From positions 32,188 to 96,187 of the forward strand of contig JBNJJM010000009.1 in NCBI GenBank assembly GCA_051750305.1: 64,000 nt of DNA. Reading direction: 5' to 3'. The notes under the pieces are model-generated. The model saw only the letters and a list, made by a program, of their open reading frames with translations, was not told the origin of the DNA and did not search any database. The DNA is from Pseudomonadota bacterium. GTDB lineage: Bacteria; Pseudomonadota; Gammaproteobacteria; Pseudomonadales; Oleiphilaceae. Position numbers and translations under genes: made by a program. This document shows, piece by piece, positions 56,148 through 64,000 of the stretch; the first letter of the stretch is position 1; each line of letters opens with the position of its first letter.

Positions 56148-57314
56148 ATGAATTTGCACGAATATCAGGGCAAGCAGCTGTTCGCTGAATATGGCCTGCC
56201 AGTATCCAAGGGCATTGCCTGCGATACTCCGAAAGAAGCAGTCGACGCGGCCGGTGAAATCGGCGGTGACGCATGGGTGGTCAAGGCTCAGGTGCACGCT
56301 GGTGGCCGTGGTAAGGCCGGCGGTGTAAAGCTGGTCAAGAGCAAGGACGAAATCCGCGAGTTCGCCGAGAAGTGGCTGGGACAGAACCTGGTCACCTATC
56401 AGACGGACGAACATGGCCAGCCGGTCAGCAAGATTCTGGTTGAATCCCTCACCGACATTGATCAGGAGCTGTACCTCGGTGCCGTGGTTGACCGTGGCAC
56501 TCGTCGTATCGTGTTCATGGCTTCCACCGAAGGTGGTGTTGAGATTGAGCAGGTTGCCGAGGAAACCCCGGAAAAGATCCTGAAGGCAGAAATTGATCCG
56601 CTGGTGGGTGCGCAGCCATATCAGGGCCGCGAACTGGCCTTCAAGCTGGGACTGGAAGGCAAGCAGATCGGACAGTTCACCAAGATTTTCCTGGGCCTGG
56701 CCAAGCTGTTTGAAGATCGTGACCTGGCGCTGCTGGAGATCAACCCGCTGGTCATCACGCCGGCCGGTGACCTGCATTGCCTGGATGCCAAGATCGGCGT
56801 GGACGGCAATGCGCTGTACCGTCAGAAGAAGATTCACGAGATGCACGACCCCTCCCAGGAAGATTCCCGGGAAGCGGAAGCGGCCAAGTGGGAACTGAAC
56901 TACGTCGCCCTGGAAGGCAACATCGGCTGCATGGTCAATGGTGCCGGCCTGGCCATGGGTACCATGGACATCATCAAGTTGTCCGGTGGTCAGCCTGCGA
57001 ACTTCCTGGACGTTGGCGGCGGTGCAACCAAAGAGCGCGTTTCCGAAGCGTTCAAGATCATCCTGTCTGACGACAACGTGCAAGCGGTTCTGGTCAACAT
57101 CTTCGGTGGCATTGTGCGCTGCGACATGATCGCAGAAGGCATTATCGGTGCGGTCAAGGAAGTCGGCGTCAAGGTCCCTGTCGTTGTGCGCCTGGAAGGT
57201 AACAACGCCGAGGTTGGCACCAAGGTTCTGGCTGACAGTGGCCTGAACATCATCGCCGCCACCAGCCTGGCGGATGCCGCAGAGCAAGTCGTTAAAGCCG
57301 CAGGGGGTAAATAA
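56148..57314 (+). CDS. sucC: Succinate--CoA ligase beta subunit
   Basis: [48 protein letters not shown]. Confidence 0.98.
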   Translation: MNLHEYQGKQLFAEYGLPVSKGIACDTPKEAVDAAGEIGGDAWVVKAQVHAGGRGKAGGVKLVKSKDEIREFAEKWLGQNLVTYQTDEHGQPVSKILVESLTDIDQELYLGAVVDRGTRRIVFMASTEGGVEIEQVAEETPEKILKAEIDPLVGAQPYQGRELAFKLGLEGKQIGQFTKIFLGLAKLFEDRDLALLEINPLVITPAGDLHCLDAKIGVDGNALYRQKKIHEMHDPSQEDSREAEAAKWELNYVALEGNIGCMVNGAGLAMGTMDIIKLSGGQPANFLDVGGGATKERVSEAFKIILSDDNVQAVLVNIFGGIVRCDMIAEGIIGAVKEVGVKVPVVVRLEGNNAEVGTKVLADSGLNIIAATSLADAAEQVVKAAGGK

Positions 57315-58186
57315 TGAGCATCCTGATTAACAAAGACACCAAGGTCATCTGCCAGGGCTTTACCGGCGCACAGGGTACTTTCCACTCTGAGCAGGCCATT
57401 GAGTACGGCACCAAAATGGTTGGTGGTGTCAGCCCGGGTAAGGGCGGCACCGAGCATCTGGGTCTGCCGGTGTTCAACACCGTGCGTGAAGCCGTCGAAA
57501 AGACCGGTGCGGAAGCCACGGTTATCTACGTGCCCGCTCCGTTCTGTAAGGATGCCATCATTGAAGCCGCCGACGCTGGTATCCAGCTGATTGTGTGCAT
57601 CACCGAAGGCATCCCGACCATCGACATGCTCTATGCGAAAGAATACGTCGATCGCAAAGGCGTGCGCATGATCGGTCCGAACTGTCCGGGTGTGATCACG
57701 CCGGGCGAGTGCAAGATCGGTATCATGCCCGGTCACATTCACAAGCCGGGTAAAGTGGGCATTGTTTCCCGTTCAGGCACGCTGACGTACGAAGCGGTCA
57801 AGCAGACCACGGACTTCGGCTACGGTCAGTCTACCTGCATCGGTATCGGTGGCGACCCGATTCCGGGCTCCAACTTCATCGATATCCTCAAGCTGCTGCA
57901 GGAAGATCCGCAGACTGAAGCCATCGTGATGATCGGTGAGATTGGTGGCACGGCGGAAGAAGAAGCCGCCGCGTTCATCAAAGAGAACGTCACCAAGCCG
58001 GTGGTGTCCTACATCGCAGGTGTTACTGCACCTCCGGGCAAGCGTATGGGCCATGCTGGCGCCATCATTTCCGGTGGCAAGGGCACAGCAGACGAGAAGT
58101 TTGCTGCTCTGAACGACGCCGGTGTCAAAACCGTGCGCAGCCTGGCTGAAATCGGCAAGGCGCTGAAGGAAGTGACCGGCTGGTAA
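57314..58186 (+). CDS. sucD: Succinate--CoA ligase alpha subunit
   Basis: [34 protein letters not shown]. Confidence 0.98.
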   Translation: MSILINKDTKVICQGFTGAQGTFHSEQAIEYGTKMVGGVSPGKGGTEHLGLPVFNTVREAVEKTGAEATVIYVPAPFCKDAIIEAADAGIQLIVCITEGIPTIDMLYAKEYVDRKGVRMIGPNCPGVITPGECKIGIMPGHIHKPGKVGIVSRSGTLTYEAVKQTTDFGYGQSTCIGIGGDPIPGSNFIDILKLLQEDPQTEAIVMIGEIGGTAEEEAAAFIKENVTKPVVSYIAGVTAPPGKRMGHAGAIISGGKGTADEKFAALNDAGVKTVRSLAEIGKALKEVTGW

Positions 58187-58204
58187 ATACCAGAACCGGT
58201 CCAG

Positions 58205-58244
58205 AAAGCCCCCGGGTCAGCCGCAAGGCGCCGGGGGCTTTTTT
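58205..58244 (+). terminator. Intrinsic terminator of the suc operon
   Basis: AAAGCCCCCGG...CCGGGGGC-T6 with an inner GCC-GCAA-GGC hairpin. Confidence 0.85.
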
Positions 58245-58372
58245 GTTCCGTTTCCGCTGGCTTGTGCCGGTTTTTCAATGGCTTCTTAACGCCGGCGCCA
58301 CATAAGACTATAATGCCCGGTCAGCCTGCTCTAAGATGGGCTGACTTTATATCACCAGAAGGAGTTCATGCT

Positions 58373-59587
58373 TTGAGTTCTGTAGATTCCCAGCAACGGG
58401 TTTTGTCCGGAATGCGTCCTACCGGCAAGCTTCACCTTGGCCACTACCACGGTGTGCTGAAAAACTGGGTTAAACTCCAGCATGAGTATGAGTGCTTCTT
58501 CTTTGTTGCCGACTGGCATGCACTGACCACCGATTATGAAGACACCTCGGGCATCGAGAACAGCGTCTGGGATATGGTTATCGACTGGTTGGCGGCGGGT
58601 GTCAATCCGGGCTCGTCCACCATGTTTATCCAGTCACGGGTGCCGGAACATGCGGAACTGCACTTGTTGTTGTCGATGATTACCCCGCTGGGCTGGCTGG
58701 AGCGAATTCCCACTTACAAGGATCAGCAGGAAAAACTGCGCGAGAAAGACCTGGCGACTTATGGCTTTCTCGGTTATCCGCTGCTGCAGAGCGCAGATAT
58801 CCTGATGTACCGCGCCGGTAAGGTGCCCGTTGGGGCGGACCAGGTGTCCCACGTGGAAATTACCCGTGAGGTCGCCCGGCGTTTCAATCACATCTACGGA
58901 CGTGAGCCCGGCTTCGAAGAGCAGGCTGAAGGCGCCATCGTGAAAATGGGCAAGAAGAACGCCAAGCTCTACCGCACTCTGAAGAAGCGCTACCAGGAAG
59001 AGGGTGATATGGAAGCGCTGGAAACGGCGCGGGCGTTGTTGAAAGAACAGCAGAATATTTCCCTGGGTGACCGTGAGCGCCTTTATGGCTACATCGAGGG
59101 CGGCGGCAAGGTCATCCTGCCGGAGCCCCAGCCATTGCTGACCCCGGAATCCAAAATGCCGGGGCTGGATGGGCAGAAAATGTCCAAATCCTACAACAAC
59201 TACATCGGTTTGCGGGAAGACCAGGATTCCGTGGCGCAGAAGGTCCGTACCATGCAGACCGATCCCCAGCGCGTACGCCGGACCGACCCCGGCGATCCCG
59301 AAAAATGCCCGGTCTGGGGCATGCACAAGATCTACTCCGACGCTGACACCAGAGCATGGGTGGACACCGGGTGCCGCAGCGCGGGCATCGGCTGCCTGGA
59401 TTGCAAGAAACCGCTGATCGACGCCATTATTGAAGAACAGCGGCCGCTCCACGAACGCGCGCGCGAGTATGAGGGCAATCCGGATCTCGTCCATTCCATC
59501 ATTGAGGAAGGGTGCGAGCAGGCCCGGGATGCAGCGCGGGATACGCTTGAAGAGGTGCGCACAGCCATGGGGCTGAATTACCGTTAA
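58373..59587 (+). CDS. trpS: Tryptophan--tRNA ligase (long form with internal insertion)
   Basis: SGMRPTGKLHLGH, YPLLQSADIL, VPVGADQ, KMSKS. TTG start 8 nt after AAGGAG. Confidence 0.95.
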   Translation: MSSVDSQQRVLSGMRPTGKLHLGHYHGVLKNWVKLQHEYECFFFVADWHALTTDYEDTSGIENSVWDMVIDWLAAGVNPGSSTMFIQSRVPEHAELHLLLSMITPLGWLERIPTYKDQQEKLREKDLATYGFLGYPLLQSADILMYRAGKVPVGADQVSHVEITREVARRFNHIYGREPGFEEQAEGAIVKMGKKNAKLYRTLKKRYQEEGDMEALETARALLKEQQNISLGDRERLYGYIEGGGKVILPEPQPLLTPESKMPGLDGQKMSKSYNNYIGLREDQDSVAQKVRTMQTDPQRVRRTDPGDPEKCPVWGMHKIYSDADTRAWVDTGCRSAGIGCLDCKKPLIDAIIEEQRPLHERAREYEGNPDLVHSIIEEGCEQARDAARDTLEEVRTAMGLNYR

Positions 59588-59629
59588 CTCGGCTGAACCG
59601 GAGGTTCGCTTTCGGACGCTGGAGACCTT

Positions 59630-60475
59630 ATGACCGATGACACCGTGAGCACATCGCCGGCCGAACGGGCCGAGGAAACGCCGTCGTCGGCAGATGGGCA
59701 GGTGCCGCTTGCCCTGGTATCCGGCAAGCCGGTGGTGGATCTGCCGCGGGATCTCTACATTCCGCCCGATGCACTGGCGGTGTTCCTCGAGGCGTTTGAA
59801 GGGCCACTGGATCTGCTGCTGTACCTGATCCGTCGCCAGAACATGAACATCCTTGATATTGATGTCAGTGAGATTACGCGTCAGTACATGGACTATATCG
59901 GCGCAGTGGAAGCCATGCGTTTCGAGCTGGCGGCGGAATACCTGGTGATGGCTGCGACCCTGGCTGAGATCAAGTCGCGGATGTTGCTGCCGCGTCAGGA
60001 CAGCGACGACGAAGAAGAAGTGGATCCCCGTGCCGAACTGATACGACGGCTGCAGCAATACGAGCGGTTCAAGAAGGCAGCTGAAGATCTGGATGCATTG
60101 CCTCGTCTGGAGCGTGACAATTTTGCAGGCTCCGCCGCATTGCCCAGGCTACCCTCCAGCCAGCCTCATCCGGACGTGGAAATGTCGGAACTGTTGTTGG
60201 CGCTGCAGGGGGTTCTCAAGCGTGCGGATCTGTTCACCAGCCACCATGTGGAGCGGGAAAAGCTGTCAACCCGGGAGCGGATGTCGGCGATCCTCGCGGT
60301 GCTGCAGGGTGACCGGTTTGTTAACTTCGAGAGCCTGTTTACCCCGGAAGAAGGACGGCTTGGGGTGGTGGTAACATTCCTGGCAACGCTGGAGCTGGTC
60401 AAGGAGCAGCTCATTGAGGTGGTCCAGGGCGAAGTGCTGGGGCCGATTCATGTCAGGGCCAGAGCATCCAGTTAG
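59630..60475 (+). CDS. scpA: Segregation and condensation protein A (kleisin)
   Basis: FEGPLDLLLYLIRR, AAEYLVMAATLAEIKSRMLLP, VVVTFLATLELVK. Confidence 0.96.
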   Translation: MTDDTVSTSPAERAEETPSSADGQVPLALVSGKPVVDLPRDLYIPPDALAVFLEAFEGPLDLLLYLIRRQNMNILDIDVSEITRQYMDYIGAVEAMRFELAAEYLVMAATLAEIKSRMLLPRQDSDDEEEVDPRAELIRRLQQYERFKKAAEDLDALPRLERDNFAGSAALPRLPSSQPHPDVEMSELLLALQGVLKRADLFTSHHVEREKLSTRERMSAILAVLQGDRFVNFESLFTPEEGRLGVVVTFLATLELVKEQLIEVVQGEVLGPIHVRARASS

Positions 60476-60504
60476 ACACCTCAGCAGTCGGATAAAAGAA
60501 TGCT

Positions 60505-61167
60505 ATGAACGACGAGAACCTGCGGAAAATACAGGCGATTACTGAAGCCGCGTTGCTGGCAGCCGGAAGACCCATGTCACTGGAACAGCTCCGGGAGTTG
60601 TTCAGTGAGGATGAGCGCCCGGCGCGTCAGGTGATGGAACATGTGCTGGTGCTGCTCGAAAACGCCTGTGAAGGCCGCGGGTTTGAGCTGAAAAAGGTCG
60701 CCAGTGGGTACCGGCTGCAGGTTCGCGAGGAATATGCGCCCTGGGTTGGTCGGCTGTTTGAGGAAAAACCCCAGCGGTATTCCCGGGCGCTGCTGGAAAC
60801 CCTGGCCCTGATCGCCTATCGCCAGCCCATTACCCGTGGCGAGATTGAAGACATCCGCGGTGTGACGGTAAGCAGCAATATTGTCCGTACCTTGCTGGAG
60901 CGAGAATGGGTGCGGGTGGTCGGTCATCGTGATGTGCCGGGCCGGCCTGCCATGTACGCCACCACACGCCAGTTTCTGGATTACTTCAACCTGTCGGGTC
61001 TTGATCAGCTGCCGCCCTTGTCCGAGGTGCGGGATCTGGAGGAAATAGGCCGGGAAATTGAAAAGAACATGCAGGCGGAGATCGAGTTCGAATCCTCTGC
61101 CGGCAACGACGATGACGGCGCCTCTGAACCGGCGCCCGACACTGATTCGAATCAGACACTTCACTGA
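60505..61167 (+). CDS. scpB: Segregation and condensation protein B
   Basis: LETLALIAYRQPITRGEIEDIRGV, GRPAMYATT..FLDYFNL. Confidence 0.96.
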   Translation: MNDENLRKIQAITEAALLAAGRPMSLEQLRELFSEDERPARQVMEHVLVLLENACEGRGFELKKVASGYRLQVREEYAPWVGRLFEEKPQRYSRALLETLALIAYRQPITRGEIEDIRGVTVSSNIVRTLLEREWVRVVGHRDVPGRPAMYATTRQFLDYFNLSGLDQLPPLSEVRDLEEIGREIEKNMQAEIEFESSAGNDDDGASEPAPDTDSNQTLH

Positions 61168-61203
61168 TGCCAGGGGCATCAGCCCAGTTGAAAGGATAAG
61201 TAC

Positions 61204-62193
61204 ATGGCGTCAGAACGCCCCGGGAAGCCAGGAGCAAAGACCTCCGGCCCCAAGAAAGCACCCGCTGTATCAGGCGAGCCCGAGAGAATCCAGAAGCTGC
61301 TTTCCCGCGCCGGTGTGGGTTCGCGGCGGGAAGTGGAAAGCTGGATGGAGGCTGGTCGCGTAACGGTTAACAATCAGCTTCCGGAGCCCGGTCAGAAGGT
61401 CACCGTCAATGATCGCATCGAACTGGATGGCAAGCGTCTGGACCTGACCTCCGGGTCCGAGGTGGTCAGGCGGGTACTGATCTACAACAAGCCCGAAGGC
61501 GAAGTCACCACCCGTCGCGACCCCGAAGGTCGCCCTACGGTATTCGACCGGCTCCCGCGGCTCAAGGATCACCGCTGGATCTCCATCGGTCGACTGGACA
61601 TCAACACCACCGGGCTGGTGCTGTTCACCACCGATGGAGAACTGGCGAATCGCCTGATGCATCCGTCCCGTGAGATTGATCGGGAATACGCGGTGCGGGT
61701 GTTTGGTGAAGTCGATGACGACATGCTTAAACGCCTGATGGACGGAGTCCTGCTGGACGATGGCATGGCCAAGTTCTCAGACATCTCTCCCGCCGGTGGC
61801 AGCGGCATCAACCGTTGGTTTCATGTCACACTGCTGGAAGGCCGGAACCGTGAAGTCCGTCGCCTCTGGGAGTCCCAGGGGGTGCGGGTGAGCCGACTCA
61901 AGCGCGTGCGTTACGGACCAATCTTTCTACCGAGTCGTCTCACGGTCGGCAAGTGGGAGGAGCTGGATCAGAAGGCGGTGGATCTGCTGAGCCGCTCAGT
62001 TGGGCTCGACGCCGTGGCTATTCCGGCTAAAACCCCGAATGAGCAGGCGGCCCTTGATCGCAAGCGTAATAAACAGCCGGGGCGTCCTGCGCGCAAATCC
62101 GGTGGCCGGAAATGGGATGTCGCCACTCCAAAGCCCGCGGACAGCGCTAGAAAACCCTCGCCGAAAGCCTCCGGGCGAAGCCCGAAACGCTGA
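61204..62193 (+). CDS. rluB: 23S rRNA pseudouridine(2605) synthase RluB
   Basis: S4 domain ERIQKLLSRAGVGSRRE, YNKPEGE, IGRLDINTTGL, EGRNREVRRLWE. Follows scpB. Confidence 0.92.
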   Translation: MASERPGKPGAKTSGPKKAPAVSGEPERIQKLLSRAGVGSRREVESWMEAGRVTVNNQLPEPGQKVTVNDRIELDGKRLDLTSGSEVVRRVLIYNKPEGEVTTRRDPEGRPTVFDRLPRLKDHRWISIGRLDINTTGLVLFTTDGELANRLMHPSREIDREYAVRVFGEVDDDMLKRLMDGVLLDDGMAKFSDISPAGGSGINRWFHVTLLEGRNREVRRLWESQGVRVSRLKRVRYGPIFLPSRLTVGKWEELDQKAVDLLSRSVGLDAVAIPAKTPNEQAALDRKRNKQPGRPARKSGGRKWDVATPKPADSARKPSPKASGRSPKR

Positions 62194-62198
62194 ACCGA

Positions 62199-63155
62199 TC
62201 AGCTGATACTGGCAAAGACCCGGGTGCAATTACGGCCCTGGTCTTTTGCGCGGTAGAGGGCTTCATCGGCCCGGGCGACCCATTGATCCGCGGTTTCGTC
62301 CACCAGCCTCATGGCCACTCCACAACTGGCGGTAACGGATACGTCCGTATCGCCACAGTTAACGGTGATGTTTTCAATGTTGCGGCGGATTCGATCTGCC
62401 ACCTCCCGCGCTTCCTGCTCGGCGGTGTGGGGCAGCAGGACGGCAAACTCCTCCCCGCCGAAGCGGTAAACCGAATCGGAATTTCTCACGGCGTTCTCCA
62501 GTTCCAGCGCCGCCAGTTTAAGGAGGTGGTCGCCGACCACGTGTCCATGGTTGTCGTTCACCGCCTTGAAGTGATCAAGGTCGCAGAGTATCAGTGAGTA
62601 CTGATCCCCGTGGCGGTCTGACAGCAGGCAGGCCCGTTGCAGGGACTGATCCAGCGACCGTTTGTTGGGGACGCCGGTTAATGAGTCCGTCAATGCGGCC
62701 TGTTCTATGGAAATGAATTTGCAGGCGTTGCGAATCGGGCAGATTGCGGCGCTCAGCATCAGCTCAATGCCTTCCAGCTCCTGCTCGGCAAATCGCTGCC
62801 GGCGCTTCAGACAGAGCGTGCCGAAGAACTCGCCCTCAAGGTTCAGCCGATAATCACAGCTGTGGGGGCCACCGATGCCGGAGGCGTACACAAATTCGGT
62901 GCCACCAATGTGGTGCCGGTAACTGAGGGCGTCAAAGGGCACCACCGTCGCTATTTCCTCGGCCAGAATGGCAAGCTGGAGCTCGAGGGAGAGTGTGGTG
63001 GACAACCGTCTGGTCAGCCGGGTCAGTGGGTCGGGCGATTCGTTCCAGTCGCGATGCGCCTGCCGAAGAGCGGCAAGCTTCTGTGGCTGGGGGCCATGTG
63101 TGGCTATGGAAGGAATCTGTTTCACTGGGCAGTCGCTCTGAGTCAAGGTTTCCAT
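62199..63155 (-). CDS. Diguanylate cyclase (GGEEF) with small N-terminal GAF-like region
   Basis: TDSLTG, DLDHFKAVND.HGH..GD, RNSD I-site five residues before RFGGEEF. Confidence 0.93.
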   Translation of the reverse strand: METLTQSDCPVKQIPSIATHGPQPQKLAALRQAHRDWNESPDPLTRLTRRLSTTLSLELQLAILAEEIATVVPFDALSYRHHIGGTEFVYASGIGGPHSCDYRLNLEGEFFGTLCLKRRQRFAEQELEGIELMLSAAICPIRNACKFISIEQAALTDSLTGVPNKRSLDQSLQRACLLSDRHGDQYSLILCDLDHFKAVNDNHGHVVGDHLLKLAALELENAVRNSDSVYRFGGEEFAVLLPHTAEQEAREVADRIRRNIENITVNCGDTDVSVTASCGVAMRLVDETADQWVARADEALYRAKDQGRNCTRVFASIS

Positions 63156-63398
63156 TCCTAAAGCATAAACTGTGCCTGCCAGTAATATCGTATTTAAAAC
63201 AAAGGCCTATAAGGTGTACCTTATTTCAATTATTGCATCGTTTCAGAATTGACACAGAAGCGTCAGATTTCCGGCATCGTTTTGCCGCCGCAAAGGGTGG
63301 TCAAAATGTCGGACAAGGGGATGGGGGCTGCCAATCCCTGTGGTAAACTTTTGCGCTTATTATCGTGCCCTCAGTACAGCTAGTGAGCGTCCAGGTTT

Positions 63399-64000
63399 AT
63401 GAGGTTTCAGGCCCCCGAAAGTCTATCAGAGCAAATTGCCCAGCACCTTGGGCAGCGCATCATGACCGGCGATCTAAAGCCCGGTGAGCGGATTCAGGAG
63501 CTGAAGGTCGCCGGTGATCTGAACGTCAGTCGAGGCTCGGTGCGCGAAGCCCTGTTGATTCTCCAGCGCCGCCATCTGGTCGAGATCTTCCCGCGGCGGG
63601 GTGCGGTTGTGTCACGGCTGACCCCGGAACTGGTGAACAGCCTCTACGACATTTATATCGATTTGCTGTGTATGCTCGGCCGTAAGGTCATGGAGCGCTG
63701 GTCAGGTCCGGAGCTGTCCGGGGTAATCAGTCAGGCCCGGGAATTGCAGGCGGTCACCGATGCGTTGAACTCCTCTGAGGGCGATGCCGCGGAACAGGTC
63801 ATTGACGCCGGTTTCGGGGTCATGCGTTATGCCTACACGCTGGTCGACAACCCGTTCCTGGAAGAGACGCTGGAAAACTTCAGACCGGCCATCAGTCGGA
63901 CCTATTACGTTGCCCTCGAGAATTTCCGTGAAGAGATGACCGAAACCGGGCGCTTCTTCAGCGATGTGGCCGACGCGGCGGTCAGCGGTGACGCCGGAAA
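63399..64000 (+). CDS. GntR family transcriptional regulator (3' truncated by window edge)
   Basis: Own translation: MRFQAPESLSEQIAQHLGQRIMTGDLKPGERIQELKVAGDLNVSRGSVREALLILQRRHLVEIFPRRGAVV. Absent from the ORF track because no stop lies in the window. Confidence 0.92.
   Translation, partial: MRFQAPESLSEQIAQHLGQRIMTGDLKPGERIQELKVAGDLNVSRGSVREALLILQRRHLVEIFPRRGAVVSRLTPELVNSLYDIYIDLLCMLGRKVMERWSGPELSGVISQARELQAVTDALNSSEGDAAEQVIDAGFGVMRYAYTLVDNPFLEETLENFRPAISRTYYVALENFREEMTETGRFFSDVADAAVSGDAG

Noticed and set aside
58187-58244. SdhX-like sRNA from the sucD 3' UTR
   Set aside because: The UTR is under 60 nt and nearly all terminator; no complementarity to the ackA start region was noticed.
63156-63398. 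sigma28 promoter or FleQ box upstream of the diguanylate cyclase
   Set aside because: Best matches (TATAGGCC-N11-TACGATAT; TTCAGAATTGAC) deviate too far from consensus to support a call.

Overview
A 64-kb stretch of core chromosome from a gammaproteobacterium, most likely Marinobacter or a close Pseudomonadales/Oceanospirillales relative (inferred from gene order and protein style). In order: end of flgK, flgL, tRNA-Leu(CAA), queA-tgt-yajC-secD-secF, a degenerate suhB, trmJ-cysE-iscR-iscS, ndk-rlmN-pilW-rodZ-ispG-hisS-yfgM-bamB-der, a minus-strand PAS/GGDEF/EAL gene followed by ackA-pta, a small CcoM-like ORF missed by the ORF track, tRNA-Glu, cbiX/TIGR01777/secreted protein, DUF924, TetR, an L,D-transpeptidase, tRNA-Gly, MOSC-uup-DUF6901-like, a usp gene, fadBA, topA, gltA/sdhCDAB/sucAB-lpd-sucCD, trpS-scpA-scpB-rluB, a diguanylate cyclase and the start of a GntR regulator. 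I saw no mobile element, prophage, CRISPR array or obviously foreign island, and no clearly new multi-gene system. The best leads are small in scale: (1) a SuhB orthologue that has lost almost all phosphatase metal ligands (probable pseudo-enzyme); (2) an isc locus reduced to iscR-iscS, with an IscS lacking the C-terminal IscU-binding tail; (3) a 51-aa CcoM-like membrane peptide behind a perfect FNR/Anr box, plus a second FNR-type promoter at the usp gene; (4) a PsrA-like operator at fadBA and structured leaders before sucA and sucC. All homology calls come from reading motifs by eye and from recall; no searches were run.
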